Source: Synechococcus sp. UW140
GTDB taxonomy: Bacteria > Cyanobacteriota > Cyanobacteriia > PCC-6307 > Cyanobiaceae
DNA: 64,000 bases
Reading direction: 5' to 3'
NCBI GenBank assembly: GCA_943369455.1
Contig: CALRND020000007.1
Span: 115,388-179,387 of the forward strand
Each line of letters starts with the position of its first letter. Within the stretch, counting starts at the first letter, position 1. Of this stretch, positions 25,989 through 35,602 are shown in pieces. Below the pieces are notes generated by a model that was not told the DNA's origin, searched no databases, and worked only from the letters and a program-made list of their open reading frames with translations. The position numbers were made by a program, and so were the translations under genes.

Positions 25989-27094
25989 TGGGCCGTCCCC
26001 TGCCGGACCCCGGGGCTGCCGGCGTCAGGATTGCAGAGGTCCACCGCCGCCGCCCCATGCCACCGACCCTCGGCCGTCGCCAGGTCCTGACGCTCTCCGG
26101 CCTGGCCCTGGGGGCGGGCCTCTGGCAGGCGATCCGGCCGGCCCCATCCCAGGCCGGCGGCCTGGTGGCCCCACCCCGCGGCGGCACCCGCCTGGTGCTG
26201 ATCAGCGACCTCAACGCCTCCTACGGCTCCACCACCTACATCGACGAGGTGCACCGGGGCGTGGCCCTGATCCCCTCGCTACGCCCGGATCTGGTGATCT
26301 GCGCCGGCGACATGGTGGCGGGCCAGAAGGCGGGGCTGGGGCAGGAACGGCTTGCCGCCATGTGGGCGGGCTTCGACCGCAGCGTTCTCAGCCCGCTGCG
26401 CCGCGCCGGCCTGGCGTTCGCGCCGGCGATGGGCAACCACGACGCCTCCGGCGCCCGCTCCGGCGGCCGCTTCCTCTTCGAGGCCGACCGGCGCGAAGCG
26501 GCCCGCTTCTGGCGGGCGCGCCGCGACGCCCTCGGACTCACGTTCGTCGACAGCGGCGACTTCCCCTTCCACTACGCCATCCGTCAGGGCGACGTGTTCG
26601 TGCTGGTGTGGGACGCCTCCAGCGCGACGGTGCCGGACGAGCAGCTGCGCTGGGCCGAGCGGATCCTGGCGAGCCCCGCCGCCCGCTCCGCCAGCCAGCG
26701 CCTGGTGGTGGGCCACCTGCCGCTGCGGGCCGTGAGCCAGGGCCGCGACCGGCCGGGGGAGGTGCTGGCCCAGCCGGCGGCCCTGCAGCAGCTCCTGGAA
26801 CGCCACGGGGTGGAGGCCTACGTGAGCGGGCACCAGCACGCCTACTTCCCGGCCCGCCTGGGCCAGCTGGACCTGTTCCACCTCGGCGCCATGGGCAGCG
26901 GCCCCCGCCGGCTGCTGGGCCAGGCCACCACCCCCTTCCAGACCCTCACGGTGCTGGATCTGGTCGGCAGCCCGCCCCGGCTGGTGGACACCAGCTTCGA
27001 TCTGCAGACCCTGCGGCGCATCGACCCCAACCGGCTGCCCCGCTCCCTCAGCGATGCCGCCGGCCGGGTGCTGCCCCGTCGGCCCGGCCCCTGA
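25988..27094 (+). CDS. Twin-arginine-signal metallophosphoesterase (alternative start ATG 26057)
   Basis: LGRRQVLTLSGLALGAG Tat-like signal. LVLISDLNASYG, CAGDMVAGQ, MGNHD, GHLP, SGHQH motifs. ATG 25988 overlaps the MscS stop (TGATG). Confidence 0.75.
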   Translation: MGRPLPDPGAAGVRIAEVHRRRPMPPTLGRRQVLTLSGLALGAGLWQAIRPAPSQAGGLVAPPRGGTRLVLISDLNASYGSTTYIDEVHRGVALIPSLRPDLVICAGDMVAGQKAGLGQERLAAMWAGFDRSVLSPLRRAGLAFAPAMGNHDASGARSGGRFLFEADRREAARFWRARRDALGLTFVDSGDFPFHYAIRQGDVFVLVWDASSATVPDEQLRWAERILASPAARSASQRLVVGHLPLRAVSQGRDRPGEVLAQPAALQQLLERHGVEAYVSGHQHAYFPARLGQLDLFHLGAMGSGPRRLLGQATTPFQTLTVLDLVGSPPRLVDTSFDLQTLRRIDPNRLPRSLSDAAGRVLPRRPGP

Positions 27095-27314
27095 GGGGCG
27101 GAGCCAGAGCCGGCGGCTCTATCGTCGCCGCCATCGCACGCCGACGTCATGAAGCTGCCGGAAGGCTGGCGGATCTACGCCCTGGTCATCGGTCTGAATG
27201 TGTTGGCGGTCTCGCTCTGGTGGGTCGACCGCGACGTGGCGCCCCACACCGTCACCGGGGGCATCGGCGCCTGGATCTCCTCCCGCCTGGGATCCTGAGT
27301 TCCCCGTGATCACG

Positions 27315-28112
27315 ATGCAAGCCAACCGACAGCGCCTCCCCCTCCTGGCCGGCCTCTCCGGTCTGGTGCTCCTGCCGGCCGTTCCCCAGCCCCCGGCGCT
27401 CGCCTCCACCACGTCCGCCGCCCGGCTGGAGGACACCGCCTGGGTGGTGGAGCGGCTGGGTGAACGCCCGCCCGTGGGGAGCACCAGCCTGACGCTGCGC
27501 TTCGAGAACGGCCGGGTGGCGGGCAGCGACGGCTGCAACCGCTATGGCGCCCCGGTCACCGTGCGGGGAACCACCCTGCAGGTGTCGCCCCGGGGCATGA
27601 CCACAAAGATGGCCTGCGCACCGGCGGTGATGCAGCAGGCGGAGGCCTTCCAGAGCGCCCTGCGCAACAGCCGGGGCTTCCGGCTCGACGGCGGGCGCCT
27701 GCGCCTGCTCGCCGCCGACGGCCGGCCCCTGCTGGTGCTGGTGCCCCAGGCGCAGCAGCTGGTCGGCAGCACCTGGCGGGTGGCGGGCTTCAACAACGGC
27801 CGCCAGGCCCTGGTGAGCCCGATCCTGGGCACCTCCCTGTCGCTGCGCGTCCTCAGCGGCGGCCAGCTGGCCGGCTCGGCGGGCTGCAACAGCTTCGCCG
27901 CCCCGTTGCGGCTGGAGGGCACCCGCCTGCGCATCGGCACCCCGGTGGCGACCCGCCGGCGCTGTCCGGGCGCCGGGGTGATGGAGCAGGAGCGGCAGTT
28001 CCTGGCCGCCCTGCCCACGGCCGTCAGCCTGCGACTGGAGGGCGACGCCCTCGAGCTCCGCCGCGCCGACGGGGCCATCGCCCTCAGCCTGCGCCGCATC
28101 GCCGGGCCCTGA
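27315..28112 (+). CDS. Tandem META-domain (HslJ-like) lipoprotein/secreted protein
   Basis: Two repeats of ..W.V...G......L.F..GRVAGS.GCN.(Y/F).AP.... Signal-like LPLLAGLSGLVLLPAV. Confidence 0.75.
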   Translation: MQANRQRLPLLAGLSGLVLLPAVPQPPALASTTSAARLEDTAWVVERLGERPPVGSTSLTLRFENGRVAGSDGCNRYGAPVTVRGTTLQVSPRGMTTKMACAPAVMQQAEAFQSALRNSRGFRLDGGRLRLLAADGRPLLVLVPQAQQLVGSTWRVAGFNNGRQALVSPILGTSLSLRVLSGGQLAGSAGCNSFAAPLRLEGTRLRIGTPVATRRRCPGAGVMEQERQFLAALPTAVSLRLEGDALELRRADGAIALSLRRIAGP

Positions 28113-28179
28113 GCCAGCGGCGTTCAGCCGGCCCAACCCCTTCCGGCGGCTAGCGTCTGCTCCGCAATGGGGACCGGGC

Positions 28180-28893
28180 ATGGATCTGCCGAGGGTGGTG
28201 TTCTTCGGACGCACCGGGGCTGATGCCCTGGCCTTCTTCAACCTCGATCTGGCGGACTGGCGCCGCCAGCGGCTGCTCGACTGCCCGGGCGGTCCCGGCT
28301 CGTTCACCGCCCTGGCCCGCGCCGCCGGGGTGGAGAGCGTGGCGGCCGACCCCCTCTACGACCTCTCGCTGCCGGAGCTGGAACAGCGCTGCCGCGACGA
28401 CGTCGCCTTCACCATGGAGCGCCTGGCCCGCAGTCACTCGCTGCGGCCGGAGTTCGACCTGGCCCGGTTCGAGCAGGGCAAGCTGGAGGCCCTGGAGGCG
28501 TTCCTGGCCGATCGGCGCGACCACCCGGAGGCCTACCGGGCGGCGGCGCTGCCCAGCCTGCCCTTCGAGGCGGCCAGCTTCGATCTGGTGCTCTGCGGCC
28601 ACCTGCTCTTCTGCTACGCACCGATCGCCGACGGCGGGCTCAGCGAACAACCCGACTTCGACCTCGACTGGCATCGCCGCGCCCTGGCCGAACTGCTGCG
28701 GGTGAGCCGGCGGGAGGTGCGGATCTACCCCGCCCACACGATCGAGCGGCGCCCGAAGGTCCATCCCTGGGTGGAGCCCCTGCTGGCCACGCTGCCCCCC
28801 GGCTGGCAGGGGCAGCTCGAGGACACCGCCTACGACGAGGGCTTCGAGGGCGCAACGCCGATGCTGCGCCTGCGACGGGACGCCGCTAACTGA
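28180..28893 (+). CDS. Class I SAM-dependent methyltransferase-like protein
   Basis: LLDCPGGPGSF (motif I) and FDLVLCGHLLF. Confidence 0.6.
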   Translation: MDLPRVVFFGRTGADALAFFNLDLADWRRQRLLDCPGGPGSFTALARAAGVESVAADPLYDLSLPELEQRCRDDVAFTMERLARSHSLRPEFDLARFEQGKLEALEAFLADRRDHPEAYRAAALPSLPFEAASFDLVLCGHLLFCYAPIADGGLSEQPDFDLDWHRRALAELLRVSRREVRIYPAHTIERRPKVHPWVEPLLATLPPGWQGQLEDTAYDEGFEGATPMLRLRRDAAN

Positions 28894-29027
28894 GAGGGCC
28901 CAAAAATCACGAATCCAACACTTCAAATCGTCAGGCCTGATACAAAAGCCGGCGAATGTAACAGCTCGTGGCTTGTTTTCGCCGCTGGGGACACACTGAA
29001 AAAAAATTGCACCCGGAGTGAATCCCC

Positions 29028-29738
29028 ATGACGTATCTGACCTGGAGGCGGGAGCTGGTGCGCTCCGCCATCGATCAGATGCTGGAGGCCTCCGATCCCG
29101 ACCGCGGCCCCTTCGGTGATGGGGGAGTTCTTTTCAACGCCATGATGCAGGAGCTGACCCAGAGCCTCCCGGCCCTGGAGATCGTGGCCGCTGCCGACGA
29201 CATCCTCACCGCCCATCGGGGGTTCTGCGAGGGTCGCAGCTGTGAGGTGGCCCAGGCCCTCAAGGTGTGCCTCTCGATGCCGGCGGAGAAGCAGGGCCTC
29301 GAGCGCCGTCTGGTCCTCGATCGCGAACGGGTCGAGGACAACGCCCTCAGCCATGACGCCAACCTGCTGCTGGTCTGGGATGGGCGCCGCGGCAGCACCA
29401 TCGAGGAGCTGAGCGCCGCCGGCCTCAGCGAGCGCTTCCCCTGCCAGGGCACCGAGGCCCGCTGGAACACCGACGAGTTCGTGGCCCTGCTGGAGGCCCG
29501 TGCCCTCCAGTGCCGCCGCACCCGGGTGGCCCTGGAGATCGTGGCGGAGGATCCCGCCACCACCCCCTCGGCCGGCACCGTGGTGCTGGTGTTCCCCACC
29601 GACAGCGGCACCCGCCCCTGGGTCGCCACCGTGGCCGTGGCCCTGCGCTCCGAGGAGCTGCCCGAAAGCGAACCCCCCACCCTCGACGGCTACCAGGCCA
29701 TGCGGGTGCTGGCGGGGCCCAGCAGGACGTCGGCATAA
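29028..29738 (+). CDS. Hypothetical protein
   Basis: 236-aa ORF with balanced composition. No motif recognised. Confidence 0.45.
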   Translation: MTYLTWRRELVRSAIDQMLEASDPDRGPFGDGGVLFNAMMQELTQSLPALEIVAAADDILTAHRGFCEGRSCEVAQALKVCLSMPAEKQGLERRLVLDRERVEDNALSHDANLLLVWDGRRGSTIEELSAAGLSERFPCQGTEARWNTDEFVALLEARALQCRRTRVALEIVAEDPATTPSAGTVVLVFPTDSGTRPWVATVAVALRSEELPESEPPTLDGYQAMRVLAGPSRTSA

Positions 29739-30657
29739 CGGTCGAAGGCCTCGCCCTCACCCAGGAACAGGCGCGGGATCACCAGCTCGCACTCCAGCAG
29801 CAGCAACTCGCCGGCCCCATCGCGGAGTCCGTCGATGCGGGCATAGGGCAGTACCCCGAAGCGCCGGCGCAGGCGCACCTCGATCGCCGCGGCCCACTGC
29901 CGCTCCGCCGCACTGGCCTTCCGGGGGGTGTTGGCGCCGCCGAAGCGTTCGTGGGCGATCCAGCCGCCGGCCGCCACGGTCTTGGCCACCGCGTGGGAGA
30001 AACGGCCGCCGAGCATCACGGCGCTGAACTCCCCGTCCCGGCAGACCGCGGGCAGGAACGGCTGCAGACACACCTCCCCGTCCCGGGTCAGGCCGGCCAG
30101 CCAGCCATCGACCTCGCCGGCCGACGCCGCGCCGCTGCCATCAGCCGCCGTGACCACCAGGTGCGCTCCATCGCGGCGCACCCGGTAGGTGTGCCAGCCC
30201 AGGGAGCCGACTGCCGGCTTGAGCACGGCCTCCTGCCAGCCGCCGTCCTCCAGGAGCTCCGCCAGGGATCCGCACCAGCCGCGCGGCAGCCAGCGGCTGG
30301 GGATCAGGGCCACGCCCTCCTGCGCGAGCTGGGGCAGGTAGGCGTTCTTGGCATGGCCGGCCTCGATCACCGGCAGGGGGTTGGCCAGGGGTACCCCGAG
30401 GGCCTCGAGATGCTGGGCCAGGGACCGGATCCGGGGTAGGAAGTCGCCGTGACGATGGCTGCCGCGGCAGTCGCGCACGCTGACCAGATCGAAGCGCCGC
30501 CAGTCAGGGGCTGCGGAGGCGCTGGCCAGCGGGGGCAGGGGCACCAGCTCGCTGGCGATGCCGCGCCGGGCGAGATGGGCCCTCAGCGCCGGCGTCTCGT
30601 CGTGGATCCGCCCCAGGTGCAGCAGGGCGATCCGCTTCAGGTGGGCAGGATCCCCCA
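29690..30657 (-). CDS. ATP-grasp family protein (RimK/glutathione-synthetase-like); start approximate (GTG about 30657)
   Basis: ..HAKNAYLPQLAQEGVALIPS..EAVLKPAVGSLGWHTYRV..CLQPFLPAVCRDGEFSAVMLGGRFSHAVAK..ARIDGL..LLLLECELVIPRLF. The upstream part of the 422-aa ORF is Ala/Arg/Gly-rich and overlaps the neighbouring gene. Confidence 0.55.
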
Positions 30658-31035
30658 CTCGCGCTTGACCTGCACGCTGGTGATCTCCCAGGCCTCCTCG
30701 GCCGCCACCACCGGTCCACGGGGCTCCTCGGGTGCCAGGCCGCGCCGGGCGAACTCGTTCTGCAGCAGCAGCTGGAACAGCACGCTCTGGGACACCAGCG
30801 CGCGCAGCCGATCTTCGCCGCCCACCCGCGCCATCAGCACCGGATGGCCCTGGCAGTCCCGAAGGGCCCGCAGCTGCTGCTGCAGCCACACCCGCTCGTA
30901 CTGCAACATCGCGTCGCTGCAGCGGGACAGGTTCTCCCGGTAGCAGCCGGCATGGCATTGGATGGCCCCTTCGGACAGGCCCGCTGCCGTGCCGGCGTCC
31001 CTCAGGAGCTGCATCGCATCACTCAGGAAACTCAC
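30637..31035 (-). CDS. Hypothetical protein
   Basis: 132-aa ORF with ATG start and balanced composition. Its stop overlaps the putative ATP-grasp start. Confidence 0.5.
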   Translation of the reverse strand: MSFLSDAMQLLRDAGTAAGLSEGAIQCHAGCYRENLSRCSDAMLQYERVWLQQQLRALRDCQGHPVLMARVGGEDRLRALVSQSVLFQLLLQNEFARRGLAPEEPRGPVVAAEEAWEITSVQVKREWGILPT

Positions 31036-31184
31036 GCGTGTTCAACGCATCCTGAGGAACGGTAGAAAGGACGCCAGGCGCTGCCCACGGAGGGACTGGC
31101 GTGGCAATGATCCGTAGCGGTCAGAAAGAAAAGCAAAAATCAGTGGCTTTGGCTACATAACCAAGGCCGATCCCGGCCAGGCCC

Positions 31185-32324
31185 TCAGAGCCAGTGCTTG
31201 CGTCGGAAATAGAGGTACAAGGAGACGCCGATCACGATCATCACCGCCCACACGGAGTAGTAGCCGCCGCGCCACTCCAGCTCGGGCATCTCCTTGAAAT
31301 TCATGCCGTACACACCGGCAATGAAGGTCAGGGGGATGAAGATCGTGGAGATGATCGTCAGCACCTTCATCACCTCGTTCATCCGGTGGCTGAGGATCGA
31401 GAGGTAGGTGTCATGCATGCCCCCGAGAATGTCGCGGTGAGTTTCCACGAGATCGATGATCTGGATGCAGTGGTCGTAGAGATCGCGCCAGAACACCCGG
31501 CTCTCGGCCGTCAGCAGGGACGACTCGCTCTTGACGATCATGGCCACCTCCTCCCGGATCGGCCAGACGGCCTTACGCAGGCTGAGGATGGACCGCTTGA
31601 GGCCATGGATTTCCTTGATGTCGCCGGGGTGGGGATCCTCCAGCAGCCGATCATCCACCTCCTCAATGATGTCGCCCATGCGTTCCACGGCCAGGAAGTA
31701 ATGGTCGACAACGGCGTCCAGCAGGGAGTAGGCGAGGTAGTCGGCCTTCATCCAGCGGATCCGACCACCGGAGGCACGGATCCGGTCACGAACCCCGTCG
31801 AAGACGTCGCCGTCATCCTCGAGGAAGGAAATCACGAAGTGATCGCCGAGGATCACACTCACATGCTCGATGTCAATGGTCTGGGTGTCTTCGTTGAAGG
31901 CGATCATCTTCAACACCATGAAGACATAGCCAGGAAACTCCTCCACCTTGGGGCGCTGGGTGGTGTTGGCGATGTCCTCCAGGGTCATCGGATGCAGGCC
32001 GAAGCATTGGCCAAGGCGCTCCACCAAAGCGACGTCATGGACGCCACTGACATTCATCCAGGTGATGCTGCCCGCCGCCACTGTTTCGGCGCATCCATGC
32101 ACCGGGAAGTCCCGATGCTCCGACCAGCCATCGGCGTCGTAGTGGATGACATCGATCTGCACCTTGTCCAGCCGCTGCTCGCCGACGAACACCACGGTGC
32201 CGGGGGAGGACCCGGGCCGGATCCGTCGGCTGCGGATGCCTCGGCCGCCCGTGGTGCCAGTGGCGGCGCGGATGCGCGGGGACGGTCGCGATCGCCTCGT
32301 CTTCATCGCTGGGCCTGGAGGCAT
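31185..32324 (-). CDS. corA: Magnesium/cobalt transporter CorA
   Basis: C-terminal YGMNF (GMN) motif between two TM helices. Typical CorA length plus a basic N-terminal extension. Confidence 0.85.
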   Translation of the reverse strand: MPPGPAMKTRRSRPSPRIRAATGTTGGRGIRSRRIRPGSSPGTVVFVGEQRLDKVQIDVIHYDADGWSEHRDFPVHGCAETVAAGSITWMNVSGVHDVALVERLGQCFGLHPMTLEDIANTTQRPKVEEFPGYVFMVLKMIAFNEDTQTIDIEHVSVILGDHFVISFLEDDGDVFDGVRDRIRASGGRIRWMKADYLAYSLLDAVVDHYFLAVERMGDIIEEVDDRLLEDPHPGDIKEIHGLKRSILSLRKAVWPIREEVAMIVKSESSLLTAESRVFWRDLYDHCIQIIDLVETHRDILGGMHDTYLSILSHRMNEVMKVLTIISTIFIPLTFIAGVYGMNFKEMPELEWRGGYYSVWAVMIVIGVSLYLYFRRKHWL

Positions 32325-32377
32325 CGATGTAGATCGGAGCCTATCCGTATCCCACGGTCAGAGGACGTCGGGCCACG

Positions 32378-33280
32378 TCAGAGGAAGTCGGGCCGCAGCT
32401 GATGGCTGAGCGCCAGCGACTGCTCCAGTCCGCTCCAGTCCTCCTGCCGCACCATCGCTTCGAGGCCGGCCAAAGAGCGCTGGTAATGCCCCAGGGCCAC
32501 CAGCAGCGCCTCCCTGTTGGCCCGGGCCATCAGCATCCCCAGCTCCGGGTTGCCGCCGCCGACGCGGGTCGTGTCGGCGAAGCCGCTGGAGGCCAGGGCC
32601 CGCACCAGGCCGGCCCCGACCTCCGGCGTGGCGCCGGCCTCGCCGCCCCCGGCATCGGCCGCCTGCAGCAGGGCCGCTCCCACCAGCACCGGCAGGTGAG
32701 AGATGAGGGCCACGGCCCGGTCGTGGGCCTCGGCGTCGCAGCACAGCCAGCGCGCCCCGAGGGCCTCCGCCAGTTCCCGCACCGCCTCCAGCGCCACCGG
32801 GTCGGTGTCCGGCGCCGGGGTCGCCACCCAGGGCCGTCCTTGGAACAGCCCCCTCTCCCCCGCCTCCACCCCGGCCCGGGCCGTGCCCGCCATCGGATGG
32901 GAGGCCACAAAGCGGGACGCCGCCGGGCCGCCGCCGGTCGCCGCCAGCAACTGGCGCCAGCGGCGCAGCACCGGCCCCTTCACCGAGCCCACATCCGTGA
33001 TCACCGCCGCAGCCGGCAGTGCCGCCAACAGGGCGGGATCCGGCTCCAGCAGCCGGTCGAGGGGCAGGGCCAGCAGCACCAGCCCGCAGCCCGCCAGCAC
33101 CGCCGGATCGGTGCTCACCGCGCTGGCCAGCCCCCGCTCCCTGGCCCGCTCGGCGGTGGCCGGCCGGTGCACCAGGGCCCGCACCTGCGCCCCGGCCGCC
33201 ATCAGATCGAGCCCCAGGGAGCCGCCGATCAGCCCCAGACCCACCACCCCCACCGGTTCGCGCTGCCAGAGGGGTGTCAT
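32378..33280 (-). CDS. tyrA: Arogenate/prephenate dehydrogenase
   Basis: VGVVGLGLIGGSLGLDL Rossmann motif, ..FVASHPMAGT.., HDRAVALISHLP. Confidence 0.85.
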   Translation of the reverse strand: MTPLWQREPVGVVGLGLIGGSLGLDLMAAGAQVRALVHRPATAERARERGLASAVSTDPAVLAGCGLVLLALPLDRLLEPDPALLAALPAAAVITDVGSVKGPVLRRWRQLLAATGGGPAASRFVASHPMAGTARAGVEAGERGLFQGRPWVATPAPDTDPVALEAVRELAEALGARWLCCDAEAHDRAVALISHLPVLVGAALLQAADAGGGEAGATPEVGAGLVRALASSGFADTTRVGGGNPELGMLMARANREALLVALGHYQRSLAGLEAMVRQEDWSGLEQSLALSHQLRPDFL

Positions 33281-33323
33281 CGTCGCTGCGGATCGGCTGG
33301 AGCCAGCTTCCTACGATCCGGCG

Positions 33324-34781
33324 ATGTTGGAAGCCCGCGCCCACCAGCACCTCAAGGCTCTCCTGCAGCGAGAGGGGGTGGAACGCTGGCCCCATCACCT
33401 CACCCTCAGCCGGCTGGTGGCCCGCAGCCTGCGCCGGGCCGACCACACCCTGGTGCGGCTGGCCCCCGGTACCGCCCCCAGCTGGTGGATCAGCCTGCTG
33501 GTGCCCCTGGCCCTCAGCGAGGTCCCCCTGGCCCTGGTGGTGACCCCGGCCCTGCGCCAGCGGCTGCTGCTGGTGGAGTGGCCCCGGCTGCGCAGCGTGG
33601 GGCTGGAACTGGCCTGCTGGGAAGGGCCCGGGGCCCCCGCCGGCTCCCGGCTCTGGCTGCTCGACCACCGCGAGCTGGTGGCGGCCTGGCGCAACGGCGA
33701 ACTGGGGGAACGGCAACTGGTGATCCCCGAGGCCGAGACGCTGGAGGCGGCCCTGCGCGAGGCCCTGGAGGTGGAGCTGGAGCCCCGCCACTGGGACCAG
33801 CTGCGCCGCGTCCAGCCCAGTGCAGAAGGCTGCCTGCTGGGCCTGCACGAACGGCTCAGCCGCCGGGTGCTCGCCCATCCCCGCTCCCCCCACCGGCTGG
33901 TGGCCCTGGCCGACGATGACGAGGCCCCCCTGCGCCACCTGCTGCGGCTGCTGGAGCCCCTGCCGGAGCCCTGGCCCCGCTGGCTGAGCGCCGGAGCGGG
34001 CTGGAGCAGCTGGGCCCGGGTGGATCCGTCGTTGCTGCAGTGGAACCTGCTGCGCCAACCCCTCGAACCCCTGAACGAACTGGCCGGCCTGCTGGTCGGG
34101 CGGGGGGCGGTGCTGATCGGGGAGCTGGCCACCGGCCGGGCGGCGGAGGGCCAGCCCGCCTCCGGTGCCGCCCTGGGGCTGAAGCCCGCGGTGGTGCTGG
34201 ATCTGGCCGATCCCCCCCTGTCCGACCCTCTGCCCCTCTACGCCCCCCTGCGCCAGCCCCTGCCCAACAGTCCCCAGTACGCCGAGCACCTCCTGGAGCA
34301 GGGCCGGCGACTGGTGCTGGGCCAGAGCGGCCTGTCGGTGGTTCTGATCGACGATCAGGCCCTGTGCCTGGGCCTGGCCAGCGGCCTGGCCGCCGAATTC
34401 GGCAGCCGCGTGTGCCACCAGAACCTGGCCCCGGAGAGCAACGGGGTGGTGTGCTGCAGCTGGGACTGGTGGCTCGAACACCAGCCGCGCCTGCCCCTTC
34501 CCTGCCAGGTGGTGGTGGGCCTGCTGCCGATCGCCAGCCTGGAGGATCCGCTCACGGCGGCCCGGGTCGGGGTGCTGCGCCAGCAGGGCCGTGACTGGTT
34601 CCGGGAACTGCTGCTGCCCGAGGCCCTCAACCGGCTGCAGCGGGGCGTGGCGGGGCTACGCCGCAGCGGCGGCCGGCTGGCGGTGCTGGACGGCCGCCTG
34701 CGGGGCCGCAGCTGGGGTCGGCTGGTCTTCACCGCCCTGGAGCCCTGGGTGGCCCTGAACCGATTGCGGCCCGACTCCTAG
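33324..34781 (+). CDS. DinG/Rad3-like helicase-related protein (degenerate motifs)
   Basis: ATG 33324. LVIPEAETLE in place of DEAH and a C-terminal GRLAVLDGRLR segment reminiscent of DinG. No canonical Walker A seen. Confidence 0.45.
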   Translation: MLEARAHQHLKALLQREGVERWPHHLTLSRLVARSLRRADHTLVRLAPGTAPSWWISLLVPLALSEVPLALVVTPALRQRLLLVEWPRLRSVGLELACWEGPGAPAGSRLWLLDHRELVAAWRNGELGERQLVIPEAETLEAALREALEVELEPRHWDQLRRVQPSAEGCLLGLHERLSRRVLAHPRSPHRLVALADDDEAPLRHLLRLLEPLPEPWPRWLSAGAGWSSWARVDPSLLQWNLLRQPLEPLNELAGLLVGRGAVLIGELATGRAAEGQPASGAALGLKPAVVLDLADPPLSDPLPLYAPLRQPLPNSPQYAEHLLEQGRRLVLGQSGLSVVLIDDQALCLGLASGLAAEFGSRVCHQNLAPESNGVVCCSWDWWLEHQPRLPLPCQVVVGLLPIASLEDPLTAARVGVLRQQGRDWFRELLLPEALNRLQRGVAGLRRSGGRLAVLDGRLRGRSWGRLVFTALEPWVALNRLRPDS

Positions 34782-34809
34782 CCTGCTGCCAGTTGCCACC
34801 GAACGCCTG

Positions 34810-35061
34810 ATGGGGGAAGCCAAACGCCGGGCCGAGCAGGGTCTGCCGCCCCGCGACAAGCCACGCGCCAGCAAGACCAAGACCGTCGACACCTCGCCCC
34901 GGATCGTCGACTGGCTGCCCCTGACCCGCAACCAGGCCTCCCGCTTCGTGGCGATCACCACCAAGGGGGCCTGGATCGGCATCGGCGCCCTGGCCCTGTT
35001 CTGGGTCACCGTGCGCTTCATCGGCCCGGCGGCCGGCTGGTGGACCCTGGCCGACGGCTGA
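34810..35061 (+). CDS. Small membrane protein (DUF2839-like)
   Basis: MGEAKRRAEQGLPPR.. with a C-terminal TM helix. Common cyanobacterial small ORF as I recall it. Confidence 0.5.
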   Translation: MGEAKRRAEQGLPPRDKPRASKTKTVDTSPRIVDWLPLTRNQASRFVAITTKGAWIGIGALALFWVTVRFIGPAAGWWTLADG

Positions 35062-35198
35062 GCAGGGACACCGGGAGCCTTCCGGGTGCGCCTGCTTCCT
35101 TCGGGCCTCCCGGGTGCGGGTCTCCCCACAGGCGCCGCAACGCCTGGCGAGAATCGGAAGAAATCCTTATGATCTGCGGATCGTGATGGGAACGACCC

Positions 35199-35564
35199 AT
35201 GTTTCTCCGTCTGGCCGAGCAGTACCGCTCGGCCGTTGAGGATCTGATCCTGAGCCTCCAGGCCCTGGCAGTGTCCCTGCGGAAACAGGGCCATGTCGCC
35301 ACCTGCTACACCTGCGGCGACGGCCGCGACGGCCATGGCGCCTCCTTCGTCGCCGACCTGGGTGACAACCACATGGTGCGGCTGCTGGTGTCCGATTTCG
35401 GCATCAGCTGGGTGGAGTCCCGCCACGGCCAGGAGCTGGTGAAGCTTGAGGGCGCCGACGCCATCCAGGAACTGCAGCGGGTGGTGCTGGTGCTGCAGCC
35501 CACGGCCGAGCCTGCCAAAGCGACCACCAGGCCCCCCGGAGCGGCTCTGCCAGCCCAGCCCTGA
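35199..35564 (+). CDS. Hypothetical protein
   Basis: 121-aa ORF with ATG start and balanced composition. Confidence 0.45.
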   Translation: MFLRLAEQYRSAVEDLILSLQALAVSLRKQGHVATCYTCGDGRDGHGASFVADLGDNHMVRLLVSDFGISWVESRHGQELVKLEGADAIQELQRVVLVLQPTAEPAKATTRPPGAALPAQP

Positions 35565-35602
35565 GTCAGGCGCCCCGGGGGGCCTGGCTCAGGGCCCCGG
35601 GA

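Noticed and set aside
32358-34481. 707-aa minus-strand ORF spanning the tyrA and DinG-like region. Similar giants occur at 39932-42403 (+), 18024-19583 (+), 57908-59569 (-) and 54977-56176 (-).
   Set aside because: Extreme Gly/Arg/Pro/Ala bias. Each is antisense to, or out of frame with, a gene that has unmistakable conserved motifs (tyrA, the ldpA-like gene and the antiporter, the monooxygenase, rpsI-prfA, rpoA).
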